Source: a virus (Duplodnaviria > Caudoviricetes). From it: a stretch of DNA of 60,226 nucleotides. Below the pieces are notes generated by a model. The model did not search any database, was not told the DNA's origin, and worked only from the letters and a program-made list of their open reading frames with translations. Of the stretch, positions 20,325-30,526 are shown in pieces. The stretch is from the IMG/VR virus record IMGVR_UViG_3300025018_000009, positions 1-60,226 of that record; one strand, 5' to 3'. Every line of letters starts with the position of its first letter. The stretch's first letter is position 1. The position numbers were made by a program, and so were the translations under genes.

Positions 20325-20923
20325 TGCCTGTACCGATTACAGCAACCCCAATCAACCCAAGCGAAGATTCATACATTCGTCAGGCGGCACCAACCACGAA
20401 TTACGGCGGTTCAACAACGCTGCGCATCGGGCTGATGACCGGTAAAGCAACGGACGATCGACGGGCGATTTTGGAATTTGATTTGTCGTCGTATTTGTCA
20501 AACAAATCGCACGAACTGATGACGCTCGGAGAACTTGTAGTCTATGGCGGCTCTGTGCCGCTCGGTATGGGTACAGTTTACCTTCGCAAACTGACGCAAG
20601 ACTTTGACCCCGCATCGGTCACTTGGACCGAATACGAAACAGGCAATTCTTGGGCAACAAGCGGCGGCGATCACGACGGATCAACCGATACGATTGTGCC
20701 AACTTCAAGCGGGGAAATCCGATTGAACATCACCGACTATATTCGAGATGCAATGAAAAACGAGGGAGGCATTCTTCGATTGATTATCATGGGCGTAGAC
20801 TCCCCGCTAAGTCAGGATTGGTTCATCTCGTCACTCAATCATGCGACCGTATCGGAACGACCGACGATCGAGATTCAATACCTCGAAGGTGGGCGGCGGC
20901 GAAAGGGGAATTCTCGTGTCTGA
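20324..20923 (+). CDS. DNRLRE-like domain protein (putative carbohydrate-binding, virion-associated)
   Basis: DSYIRQAAPTTNYG..RRAILEFDLS..VTW..GGD..RPTIEI pattern. Confidence 0.7.
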   Translation: MPVPITATPINPSEDSYIRQAAPTTNYGGSTTLRIGLMTGKATDDRRAILEFDLSSYLSNKSHELMTLGELVVYGGSVPLGMGTVYLRKLTQDFDPASVTWTEYETGNSWATSGGDHDGSTDTIVPTSSGEIRLNITDYIRDAMKNEGGILRLIIMGVDSPLSQDWFISSLNHATVSERPTIEIQYLEGGRRRKGNSRV

Positions 20924-21248
20924 GTTCGATTGCAAAACTTGCGGGGCGTGTTGTCAACACTGCGTTGTGCCGCCTTTCTCCCCCGAAGAACTCGACGCTG
21001 TGGATTCAGCGCTCGCTGATCCGATACGAAAGGTTTGGTCGCACGCCGCGAACCCGAAAGTGAATTTTTGGGAACAACTCGGCACCCGCGTTTGTTCGTG
21101 GTTCAACGCAAACACAGGCGAATGCTCGCACTACGATATTCGACCGAAAGAATGTCGCGACTTCGAGAACGGAAGCGACGATTGCGTTTCGCTGCGTCGT
21201 CGAATGAAAATCGATTCACTGGTAGCCCTTACGATCAACGGAGAATGA
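20916..21248 (+). CDS. YkgJ-family cysteine cluster (CxxCxxCC) protein
   Basis: CKTCGACC...CSWF...CSHYDIRPKECRDF; GTG start after AAGGGG. Confidence 0.8.
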   Translation: MSEFDCKTCGACCQHCVVPPFSPEELDAVDSALADPIRKVWSHAANPKVNFWEQLGTRVCSWFNANTGECSHYDIRPKECRDFENGSDDCVSLRRRMKIDSLVALTINGE

Positions 21249-21251
21249 ATC

Positions 21252-21893
21252 ATGTCTGAACTCACACGAAACGCTCCGATTGTATTCGATATGTTGATTC
21301 GTTCCGCGCCGAGTGACGACGACAACTACGCGAACCAAAACACGATTGCGCTGAACAATGTTGCCAAATTCGGCACTGTTTCGCGTGCCGTGCTTCGCTT
21401 TCGCAAACCTTCACGCCTTCGCGCCGGCGCTGCGATCTCTGCGGCGAATCTGACCATCAACACGACCGTCGGGCTTGGGATATCCCCGCCCGATATTCGT
21501 ATCGCCCCGATGAAACATCGTCGAATGACGATCGATGCAACATGGAACAATGCCGACGGCACGAACGCATGGGATTTGGTCGGCGGCGATTACGATTTGG
21601 GTGTGGCGCATCAAGAGGCAGGCCCCAGCACATCGGGCGATAAGACTTACGATATCGCGTCGGTGGTTGAGGCAGCGGTTATGATGAGTCCGAACAGCGA
21701 GTACATCGATTTGATTATTCGAGCGGCAAGCGAAATCGGTTCGTTCTCTTGGACATTCAACGCACTGCACGAAGCAAGCGGGGCCGACGGAGATGAGCCG
21801 TCACTCGAAATCACTTTCGACGACGACCCGCCTTCTGCTGGCGAGGGCGGGTCTGTTTCTCTCGCGCCGAACGCTCTCGGGCTTCGCGTTTGA
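21252..21893 (+). CDS. Second DNRLRE-like domain protein
   Basis: NYA..RAVLRF..ATWNN..W...GGDY..PSLEI; resembles 20324-20923. Confidence 0.65.
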   Translation: MSELTRNAPIVFDMLIRSAPSDDDNYANQNTIALNNVAKFGTVSRAVLRFRKPSRLRAGAAISAANLTINTTVGLGISPPDIRIAPMKHRRMTIDATWNNADGTNAWDLVGGDYDLGVAHQEAGPSTSGDKTYDIASVVEAAVMMSPNSEYIDLIIRAASEIGSFSWTFNALHEASGADGDEPSLEITFDDDPPSAGEGGSVSLAPNALGLRV

Positions 21894-22518
21894 TTCGTCG
21901 TTGTTCTTTGCGTTCTGCCTTCGCGATCAACTCGGCTTCTTCCTCGGCTTTGTCGATCGGTTTGCGATCGATCACGAACTGTTTGATTTGTTCTTTGTGT
22001 CCGTCGTACATGCCCAATCTCCATGCGATCAACCCGATCGCATCGGCGGCATCGAATCCGGGGTCGTTGTCGATCGAGTATTCAGGGCACACGCGAGGTA
22101 GGTACAACGCGCGATGCTTTTTCGACTTGCACACGCCGCCGTCGAGTCGCGACCATGTTGAAACATCGACGAACTCCAACGACGCGTAGTTGCGTTCGTG
22201 CAGCACGCACGCCATAGCGCCGACCGCCATACCCAACGCGATCAAACTGCCTGATCGTTGTTTCGTTTGATTGCCCGGCAGTTCAAGGATTGCGTGTGTC
22301 TCGCTTTTCGGAGCGAACCCCAACATGCGAGTGAGTTCGGATTGAACCGAATCACGCAATTTGAGAATTCTTATTTCGGCGCTATCGCCCGACTTTGCCT
22401 TCACAACGCGGTAGTCAACGAGCTTTCGACGATGAAAGAGGGAAAGCCCGACCGAAATTGATCCGGGGTCGATGCCCACCCAAAAACCCTGTGCGACTTG
22501 ACTTGACAAACATATCAT
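21811..22518 (-). CDS. RuvC-like Holliday junction resolvase
   Basis: VGIDPG, ILE, DAADA acidic motifs; start uncertain. Confidence 0.7.
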   Translation of the reverse strand: MICLSSQVAQGFWVGIDPGSISVGLSLFHRRKLVDYRVVKAKSGDSAEIRILKLRDSVQSELTRMLGFAPKSETHAILELPGNQTKQRSGSLIALGMAVGAMACVLHERNYASLEFVDVSTWSRLDGGVCKSKKHRALYLPRVCPEYSIDNDPGFDAADAIGLIAWRLGMYDGHKEQIKQFVIDRKPIDKAEEEAELIAKAERKEQRRIKREARERSAREKQTRPRQQKAGRRRK

Positions 22519-22531
22519 GGTTTCATATTGT
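22499..22531 (+). promoter_or_regulatory. Promoter TTGACA-N17-TATTGT of replication block with overlapping palindromic element
   Basis: Direct sequence match. Confidence 0.65.
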
Positions 22532-22576
22532 CCCTTCGACGCATCGCGACAACGTAAACCCCGAACGGAGGAATAC

Positions 22577-23059
22577 ATGACAAGCGTATCAAGTGGTCAG
22601 GACGAATTCAAGCAGGCAGCGGTTCATATCGAAAATGCCTTCAACAACATTCGCATCGCCCCGCGAATGGATCACAGCAAAATGAATCAAGGGCAACTCA
22701 TGGCCGAGTTGCGATACGCGATCGATTTGAAAGAAGCGATCGAAGCGAAATCGAAACTCGTCGATAAACAAATCGCGAAGATGAAGGAACGGATCATCGA
22801 CCTTTCACAGATTGAAGGTACGAACAAATTCACAAGCGATCGACTCACGGTTTCAGTGTCCGAACGCGACACCGTGAAGATGACGGGCGATTGGGCAGAA
22901 ATTCAGGCGTACCTTCTCGAACACAATATGGGATATGTTGTGCAGCGCCGGATCACCGAAGGCAAACTCGCCGATGCGTTCTACGACGGATCGCTGCGAT
23001 TGCCTGACGGCCTCGATCTCGATACAATCCGAATCACGCGACAGACCCGCAAGGGCTGA
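22577..23059 (+). CDS. Hypothetical coiled-coil protein of replication module
   Basis: GGAGG RBS; first gene after promoter. Confidence 0.55.
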   Translation: MTSVSSGQDEFKQAAVHIENAFNNIRIAPRMDHSKMNQGQLMAELRYAIDLKEAIEAKSKLVDKQIAKMKERIIDLSQIEGTNKFTSDRLTVSVSERDTVKMTGDWAEIQAYLLEHNMGYVVQRRITEGKLADAFYDGSLRLPDGLDLDTIRITRQTRKG

Positions 23060-23137
23060 ACGAATCACGCCGGTGTGTTCCGGCATGTCGGGGATCAAAC
23101 CCCAAGGTTATTGTTTACTTGAACGGAGAAATAGCAA

Positions 23138-23974
23138 ATGGCAAAGAAAGCAGAATCAACGACAGATATCACGGTCGCACGCGACGCGGGCGCAATGCCT
23201 GCTCACCTTGCGAAACAAGAAGGCGAAGCACGGTTGGGTACAGCCGTCGCGTCGAAGTACCAAACGATCAATCGATTGACGATCGTTCAATCTCAAGCGA
23301 AGAAGGAGAAGCGCGAGAAATTTGAAGTCGGGGCTATGGCCCTGTTCCCCGATGAAGTCGAGGTGTGTGCGCCGAACGAAGAAGTTGTCGTCATCCCGCT
23401 GTTGTTTTACCCGACATGGGAAAAGTGGAGCGACTACAACGACGACGATTCGCCGACCGTCATCGAAACCGAGTACGACGAACACAGCGATATCGCTCGC
23501 CGCTCAAAGACGAAAGAGACTCGCACCGAGCGCTACGGCGACCCTGAAAACAACTGGAAGTATTCGTACATCGAATCACTCAACTGTGCCGTAGTCATCG
23601 ACTCCGGCCCTGCGAAGGGTGAGATTGCTATTCTCTCCCTCAACAAATCGCAGCACTATGTCGGGCGCAAACTCGCACGCATGGTCGCTCGAACCGACGC
23701 GGACATCTTCGGTCGGCGCATCGCGTTGTCGATCACGGATGAAACCGACGGCAAGAACGACTGGCACGGTTTCCGGCTCAACAACCCGTCCGAAAAAATG
23801 GGCGGTGCGTGGACGACAGCCGAGCAATACGAGCAGTTGAAAGCGATGCACCTTGAAACTCAGGCCGCGTACGATGCACGAATGATCGTCATCAACCGCG
23901 ACGACGAGAATGAAAACTCCGGCGCTGGTGCGGGCGCTGGTGGATACGATGAGGGCGACCTTCCTCCCGTCTAA
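23138..23974 (+). CDS. Putative ssDNA-binding protein
   Basis: Position before helicase; Gly-rich linker and acidic tail YDEGDLPPV. Confidence 0.5.
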   Translation: MAKKAESTTDITVARDAGAMPAHLAKQEGEARLGTAVASKYQTINRLTIVQSQAKKEKREKFEVGAMALFPDEVEVCAPNEEVVVIPLLFYPTWEKWSDYNDDDSPTVIETEYDEHSDIARRSKTKETRTERYGDPENNWKYSYIESLNCAVVIDSGPAKGEIAILSLNKSQHYVGRKLARMVARTDADIFGRRIALSITDETDGKNDWHGFRLNNPSEKMGGAWTTAEQYEQLKAMHLETQAAYDARMIVINRDDENENSGAGAGAGGYDEGDLPPV

Positions 23975-24099
23975 AATCGGCGGCGAGCAACAATGCTCGT
24001 CGTGTCATGCTCTCAAGTTTCGTATTGAACTCACCTGATGGTGTATGACTCAATCGCAAGTAGAGCATGACACGACGATCATCGTCGGAGGAATCCCCC

Positions 24100-25512
24100 A
24101 TGCCTGAAATCAAACTGTTCGACCACCAACAACGGGCGGTCGAAACTTCACGCACGCACAATCGATTCGGGTTCTTTTGGAAACCCGGCACAGGCAAAAC
24201 GATCGCGATGCTCGCGATATGCAAAGAACGGCCCAAGCGCACGCTTGTCATTGCAACGAAATCGATCGTTGAAACCGCGTGGATCAAAGACGGTCAGTTG
24301 ATGGGCGTTCCCGTCGTGTCAGGCATGGCGACGAAAATGAAGCGACGAAAGATTTTGCAAAACGAATCAATCGAAGTCGTCGCGATCAACTACGATCAGT
24401 TTCGCATCGAACACAAGTTCATCGCCGAGTGCGGTTTCGAGCGTTTCATTTTCGATGAATCGTCGATGCTCAAAAACAACAAATCGAAAACCTTCGAGGC
24501 CGCCGCATATTGCTCATGGCGCACGCCGAACATCGAATGCTATTTGCTCACCGGAACCCCTGCGCCGAACTCACCTATCGAGGTGTGGTCGCAGTTGTAC
24601 CTTATCAACCGAAAAGCGGCGGGCGGTACATTCTGGAAGTTCGCGCATCACTTTTTCAACCCGATCAAACAAACGATTCGCGTGAAAGGCGGGAAAACGA
24701 AAACCGTCACCAAAGGTTGGGAGTTCAAGCACCCCGGCGCACAATCGGCGTTCGAGGCCCATTTGCGATTGCACTCCGAAGCGTTGTTGAAAAAGGATTG
24801 CGTTGATCTTCCTGAATTTGTCGATGCGTTGATCTATGTTGACCTCGGGAAAAACGAACGCAACGCCTACGAGTCGATGCGGGACGACACGATCTTGTCA
24901 TTCCTCAAAGACCCGAGCGCCCCCGTATCGATGACGAACCTCACGCTTGAGAATGTGAACGCTCAGGGCGCGACGATGAAACTGCGCCAACTCACCGGCG
25001 GGACGGTTCACACGAAAACCGGCGTTCAAGCGGTCGGCACAAGCAAACTCGACGCTCTTTCGGCTTGGCTCGACGAAGTAGGCCCCGATGAGCATGTTCT
25101 GATCTGGGCAGAATTCACAGCAGAAATCAACGCGATCGCGAACATGCTCGCCGCACGCGGGGAGCGATGCGATATAATCGACGGACGCACAAAGGGCGGC
25201 GTTGCACCGATCATTGAACGGTTCCAATCGGGACGAACGAAACGAATCATCGCGCACCCGCAATCAGCGGGGCACGGCACCGACGGGTTGCAACGCGTTT
25301 GCCAGTACGCCGTTTTCTATTCGATGTCATGGTCATCGGAATATCACGAACAGGCCCGCGACCGCTTGCATCGCAATGGGCAGGAAGGATCAGTCACATT
25401 CGTTTACCTCGTCGTGCAAGACACAATCGACGAGTCCGTGTACGCGACGGTCACGGGTAAAATGTCCGGTCAAGAAGCCCTCTTGATGGAACTCAGTCGC
25501 AACAGAAAATGA
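24100..25512 (+). CDS. SNF2-like superfamily 2 helicase
   Basis: PGTGKT, FDESS, LTGTP, AGHGTDGLQ, QARDRLHRNGQ. Confidence 0.92.
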   Translation: MPEIKLFDHQQRAVETSRTHNRFGFFWKPGTGKTIAMLAICKERPKRTLVIATKSIVETAWIKDGQLMGVPVVSGMATKMKRRKILQNESIEVVAINYDQFRIEHKFIAECGFERFIFDESSMLKNNKSKTFEAAAYCSWRTPNIECYLLTGTPAPNSPIEVWSQLYLINRKAAGGTFWKFAHHFFNPIKQTIRVKGGKTKTVTKGWEFKHPGAQSAFEAHLRLHSEALLKKDCVDLPEFVDALIYVDLGKNERNAYESMRDDTILSFLKDPSAPVSMTNLTLENVNAQGATMKLRQLTGGTVHTKTGVQAVGTSKLDALSAWLDEVGPDEHVLIWAEFTAEINAIANMLAARGERCDIIDGRTKGGVAPIIERFQSGRTKRIIAHPQSAGHGTDGLQRVCQYAVFYSMSWSSEYHEQARDRLHRNGQEGSVTFVYLVVQDTIDESVYATVTGKMSGQEALLMELSRNRK

Positions 25513-25552
25513 TTCATGCACAAGACGATAAACCAGCAAGGACGCATTCACG

Positions 25553-28468
25553 ATGCCGGAACAACCATATGATCCAAACCATGATTTGAACTACGAAGAA
25601 ATTGAACGCTTTCTAAAAATCGCGTACGAACCGCACGACTGGATCGAGTTTCGAGCGATCCGGCTCGATCAACAAAAAGGAACGCGATCGTGCTACATCG
25701 ATGTTGCTCGATTCCTGAACAACGATGTGCCCGCGACGATCAAACAATGGCTCGCGACGAATCATTGCGATCGCTACCTCGGCATGTACATCGGCGCGAA
25801 CCCTCGCAAACCTCGCGGGTCGTACGGCCCGAACCGATCATCGAATGTTGATGATGTTTCGACTTTCCGTTGTGCGTTTACTGACCTCGACAACTGCAAC
25901 CCGAACGACGCGGTTGATCTGTACAAATCTGCGGGGCTGCCTGAACCGACGATGATCGTGCATTCGGGTCGTGCAACCGGCACGCATTTGTATTGGCGAT
26001 TCGATGTTGAAATGGACGCTGAAACATGGGAAGGCGTTCAGCGAGCGATTCAGAAACGACTCAACGGCGACGCGATGAAAGACCCGCCTCGCGTCATGCG
26101 CTTGCCCGGCTCGTACAACTTCAAACGCAAGAACAACGCACGCATCCTACGCGAAGGCCCGACCTATTCCGATTTCTCTTTGCTCGGATTGTCTGCCGAC
26201 GAAATGATCCCGCCGACATTCGCTTCGCCCGCCCCCGGAGTTGAAGCGGACGAACGCAACCTCAACTACTCGACGCGCCGATACATGGCCGAGCATGTAC
26301 CCGAAGGCGGCAACGAACATTTCGACGGTCGCAACAACGCGGTGTTCTCCGCTGCGTGCGATTTCATCGCGAACGGGTTCACATTCGAGGACACTTGCGA
26401 TCGATTGATGCCGCTCGCGGTTGATCGTGACGGGTTGCCCGAATACGAAGCGAAACGCGCGATCGCGAACGCGGTCAACCGCAACCCGACCCGCACATTG
26501 TTGATCGGTGTGAACGGCATCGATGAAACATGGTCGAAATACATGGAGCGCCCGCAGTTTGAAAATCGAGGGCCGGTTGATCCTGAAACCGTCCCCGAAG
26601 ATTTCGATTCAATCGGTGATATGCAACGCACGGTTCGACCTGCGACCGATGAAGAAATGACGCAGATCGGAATCATGCGAGGGGATATCGAACTCCCGAC
26701 ATTCGAGAACGAAACAACAGGCGAAGCAATCGAAATCGATGACGACGACGCATCACCTGAAACGATCGCGATGAACGAGTTGTCCAACGAGGAAGCCGAG
26801 CGCCTGCGATACGAACAAGAACTCGCGGACATTGAACAGTTTGAACTCAGTGCCCCGCCGCTTGTGTGCAACTACAAAGACGGTATCGTCGAACCCGAAC
26901 CCGGATCGAAAGGCAAAGCCCAGCGCGTCAAGTTGTACCGATCAGCGCATCAAATCATCGACGACATTCAAGACGGTTTCAGTGGGTGGCCCAAGTACGC
27001 GCCGGGCATGGGATTGTTCGGGTATCGCCCGTTCGGTGAATCCGATGAAATCGTGTACGGGTTGCCTACGCCCGCGTCATTCTTCGCGTTCCTGAAATGT
27101 GTCGGGCAAGTTCGTTGGACAAACGAGCCGACCCTGTTTCAACAACAAACAGTGAATCGCGAGTTGCGTCCGCTCAAAGAGGCCGAATGCTTTGAACTCA
27201 TAAAAGAGCGCTGCCCGAATCGATATCGTGGGTTCTGTCAAACGCCGCATTCGCCGCCGATCGAAGGGTTCTACTACCCGAAATACGAACTGCCGGAACC
27301 GTCGAACGGGTTCGAGTGTTTGAATCGATTCACCAACGCGTTGAACCCGGAAACTGAAACCGACAAACTGTTGCTTCTTTCGGCGCTGCTCACCCCTGCG
27401 TGGGGTGGGCCTCCCGGCGCTCGACCGCTATTTGTGCTTGCATCGGATCACGGTCAGGGTGCAGGCAAAACCGAAACGGTGAAAGCGATCAGTTCGATTT
27501 GGGGCGGGTACTACCCGCTGTCGATGGAAAAGACTTGGGCCGACAACGCGAAAGCGATGATGTCGTCCGATGATTGGTTGACACGCTGCTGTTTGTGGGA
27601 CAATGTGAAAGGTCGATTCAGTTCAGGCGAAATCGAAGGTGCCGTCACCAGTGAAATGATTCAAGGGCACCGGATGTATGTCGGCACAGTGAAGCGATAC
27701 AACGACGCGACCTTCTTCGTGACATTGAACAACCCGGATATGTCTCGCGACCTTGCACAACGCGCCGTCGTCATCAAACTCGGAGCGCCGAAGCCCGGCA
27801 ACTTCACCGATTGGTGGCGTGCGTTCCTCGGGGAGAACCGACGACAGATCATCGCCGACGCGATCGCGATGTTGCAACGCGAAGGTGAATCGTTCGACTT
27901 CTCCAAGTTCCCCGATCGTTGGCGTGCATGGCAACGCGGTGTCCTCGCGAAGATTCCGAACATCGATCTCGACAAGGTTATGAAAACGACTCGCGACCGT
28001 CGCGAGGAAGTCGATTCGGAAACCGACGAGGGCGAACAAATCATTCGTGCAATCGGTTCGTACTTGCGAGCGAAGGGCGACACGCAATGCGCCGAACAGG
28101 TCGTGAGTTTGATCCAGTTGTCCGAAGCCCTCGAAGCGGGCGGGTTGTGGAAGGTCGATTCAAAGATCACCCCCGCACAGGACGCACGCAAACTCGCGTC
28201 ATTCATCACGCGACGATGCGCCGCCCTCGGGGTCATCGCTCGCGACGGGCGAAACTATGTCGGGGTCAACGATCGAGGCGAACCGATCACGCAACGCGCC
28301 GAAGAACAAACGCGACGATCCCCGAAATGGGTTTTTGACTGGCACACCGCCAAGACGAGATTCGGGAACGATTTCGCTCTCGGTGTGTTTACCTCGTCCG
28401 AGGCCCCTTTGACACCTGACGCTATTTCGGCGCAAGATGCCGACGACCTCGGCGACCTCCCTGTTTGA
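25553..28468 (+). CDS. Primase-helicase (RepB-like primase, PriCT-like domain, C-terminal P-loop)
   Basis: DLD, SG...HLYW, RVMRLPGS, GRNN.VF, GQGAGKT, WDN motifs. Confidence 0.8.
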   Translation: MPEQPYDPNHDLNYEEIERFLKIAYEPHDWIEFRAIRLDQQKGTRSCYIDVARFLNNDVPATIKQWLATNHCDRYLGMYIGANPRKPRGSYGPNRSSNVDDVSTFRCAFTDLDNCNPNDAVDLYKSAGLPEPTMIVHSGRATGTHLYWRFDVEMDAETWEGVQRAIQKRLNGDAMKDPPRVMRLPGSYNFKRKNNARILREGPTYSDFSLLGLSADEMIPPTFASPAPGVEADERNLNYSTRRYMAEHVPEGGNEHFDGRNNAVFSAACDFIANGFTFEDTCDRLMPLAVDRDGLPEYEAKRAIANAVNRNPTRTLLIGVNGIDETWSKYMERPQFENRGPVDPETVPEDFDSIGDMQRTVRPATDEEMTQIGIMRGDIELPTFENETTGEAIEIDDDDASPETIAMNELSNEEAERLRYEQELADIEQFELSAPPLVCNYKDGIVEPEPGSKGKAQRVKLYRSAHQIIDDIQDGFSGWPKYAPGMGLFGYRPFGESDEIVYGLPTPASFFAFLKCVGQVRWTNEPTLFQQQTVNRELRPLKEAECFELIKERCPNRYRGFCQTPHSPPIEGFYYPKYELPEPSNGFECLNRFTNALNPETETDKLLLLSALLTPAWGGPPGARPLFVLASDHGQGAGKTETVKAISSIWGGYYPLSMEKTWADNAKAMMSSDDWLTRCCLWDNVKGRFSSGEIEGAVTSEMIQGHRMYVGTVKRYNDATFFVTLNNPDMSRDLAQRAVVIKLGAPKPGNFTDWWRAFLGENRRQIIADAIAMLQREGESFDFSKFPDRWRAWQRGVLAKIPNIDLDKVMKTTRDRREEVDSETDEGEQIIRAIGSYLRAKGDTQCAEQVVSLIQLSEALEAGGLWKVDSKITPAQDARKLASFITRRCAALGVIARDGRNYVGVNDRGEPITQRAEEQTRRSPKWVFDWHTAKTRFGNDFALGVFTSSEAPLTPDAISAQDADDLGDLPV

Positions 28469-28502
28469 ATCGTTGAGCGCTCCTTGTGGCTCGACTTGTG
28501 CG

Positions 28503-28537
28503 ACCCCCCGACCTCGTTGGTCGGGGGGTTTTTCTTT
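28503..28537 (+). terminator. Rho-independent terminator after primase-helicase
   Basis: ACCCCCCGACC / GGTCGGGGGGT stem followed by T tract. Confidence 0.85.
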
Positions 28538-28673
28538 CACGCAAGGGCACGCTCAGGCGAGCGCTCAGGGCGACCGCGACCCTTCAACGCGTCATCACAC
28601 ACCCGCGACCCCCAACGCGGGAGAATCGATTCAGGGCGATTTGACGACAAACACGAACACAACGCAAACATTT

Positions 28674-29016
28674 GGGAACGCCCAAAAGCGCCGGGAACGC
28701 CCACTCGAATCGCCAATTTTCCGAGTGGGCGTTCCCGTAAGTTGTTGCTATTATTCGGTTTACACCTCTACTTTTTAGGGAACATCAAGGAACATCAAGA
28801 AAAGAAAAGTATAAGGGGTGAACGAAAAATGATGCAATAGCGCCAAGGGGCTGGTAGGAGTTCCCTGTCAGGGTGGGGGGTCAAAGGAGTTTGTGCAAGG
28901 TGGGCGTTCCCGGCGTTCCCGGCGTTCCCGTTGTCGTAAGTCGCGAGCGTAGCGATACATACGCCGATTGTGTGTGGGCGTTCCCGGATTATTCGTGGGC
29001 GTTCGTGGGCGTTCCC
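28674..29016. repeat. Iteron-like GGCGTTCCC repeats and 16-bp inverted repeat; candidate replication origin
   Basis: Eight full copies in two orientations around an AT-rich stretch. Confidence 0.65.
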
Positions 29017-29342
29017 GCGCAATCGAATGCAAAAATCGAGTTCGTGCCTTGTTCGTTTGTTCGTTGGCCGCGAAGATTTCAGTTTCGACTTGACCCGTTC
29101 GTCAACTTCTCGTAGTGTGAACCTCACCTCGGAGATTCATCATGTCGCACCCAGCAGATCCGCTTCTCGTCGAGAACGGGAAGTCCAGCGCCGAAACAAG
29201 CATCGAAGTCCTTATGCGTGCCTTATCCGACATTAGCGACCCGTTCGCGGCGTTAGATTTTCTTGCGAATGTGCGAACATGGGTGAACAAAGAGGAAGCA
29301 TCGATTCGTCAACACGAAATCAACCCAAACGAGGAATGAACT

Positions 29343-29819
29343 ATGAAACTTGCCGCACTTGCCGTACTGCTTGCCACCGCAATGCAACCCACTGAACCCG
29401 CACCCGTCGTCGATGATGTTGCGCCGATGACTGTTGAGCGCACCGACCTGTTCACGATCCGCGTCGAAGGTGTCACCTACGCATCGATTACTCCGCGACC
29501 TGAATACGCGACGATCGGCACGCAAATGATGGCTGACTATCTCGCGTTCAACGATACCGGCGTTGTTGAATGGCGCATCAAACCGGATATCGAATATCGT
29601 GTGGTGATGACCAACAACGAAAACGATCCGGCTCGTCGCGAAGTCGCCGTCGTTTCGATGCGCGAAGATCACCTTCTGCAATACGCGTTGTGGGAAATCT
29701 ACGATAAGCGACGGTACATCATCGAAGAACTGCAACCGGATTTTTTCGAGATTCACGACGCGATGAAAGCATTGCGAGACGGCGGGCACATCGATCAAAC
29801 AATGCGGGCGACACCATGA
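29343..29819 (+). CDS. Hypothetical protein with signal peptide
   Basis: MKLAALAVLLATA N-terminus; GAGG RBS. Confidence 0.55.
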   Translation: MKLAALAVLLATAMQPTEPAPVVDDVAPMTVERTDLFTIRVEGVTYASITPRPEYATIGTQMMADYLAFNDTGVVEWRIKPDIEYRVVMTNNENDPARREVAVVSMREDHLLQYALWEIYDKRRYIIEELQPDFFEIHDAMKALRDGGHIDQTMRATP

Positions 29820-30181
29820 GCGAACTTACATCTGAAACACTTCACATCATCAATGCCGGCTTGAAAAAAGGCCTCGATATCAGCGCAGCAAAAGACGAAA
29901 GTGAATCCGAACGCGCATGGATGAAAGCTCGCGAGTTGATGATTCAACACGAATTGAAAGTCGAATGTCTAGTCGGCACCGAAACCGTAAACGATGAAGC
30001 TAATGCGTCGTCATACGAACTCGCAGAAAACAGACGAATGCCGTTCGGCAAATACTCAGGGAAAACGCTTCTTTACATTGCTCAAAATGATTTTCCGTAC
30101 CTCGAATGGTTGGCTGACGAGGCCGACATTCGCGACAACGGACTGTTTACTGACATCATGTTGTTGAGGACGCGAGGATGA
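29816..30181 (+). CDS. Small protein with DUF3820-like C-terminal domain
   Basis: MPFGKYSGK...YLEWL motif. Confidence 0.6.
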   Translation: MSELTSETLHIINAGLKKGLDISAAKDESESERAWMKARELMIQHELKVECLVGTETVNDEANASSYELAENRRMPFGKYSGKTLLYIAQNDFPYLEWLADEADIRDNGLFTDIMLLRTRG

Positions 30182-30466
30182 ACGACCCAATCCCGCAGAT
30201 CGATTGGGACAACGACCCACGAATCGAAGATCGACACGAAATCCCTTGCAAATCATTGCCGCCTCTTGTGTACTTTCGCGCCGTTGTCGGCGACAAAGAC
30301 AACGCAGCGCAATCGGTGCATCGATTGTTGTGCGTGTTTCAAGATCGCGTCAAAGTCGTCGAAACGGTTTGGATGACCGAAACAAAAGACCCCAACGAAA
30401 ATACGGGGCTTGATTCGGCTATTTTCAAACTGCATCAAGCATGGAAAAGGTTTCAAGAAAATCGAT

Positions 30467-30503
30467 TGTCTTGATTGACAAGTCAAGTAGCGTTGAATAT
30501 CAT
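30467..30503 (+). promoter_or_regulatory. Promoter TTGACA-N17-TATCAT with overlapping palindromic element
   Basis: Direct sequence match. Confidence 0.7.
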
Positions 30504-30526
30504 TCACGCAGCAATCGGAGGAACCA

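Noticed and set aside
28674-29016. CRISPR array
   Set aside because: Repeats are about 9-10 nt, irregularly spaced and in both orientations, with no unique spacers of uniform length.
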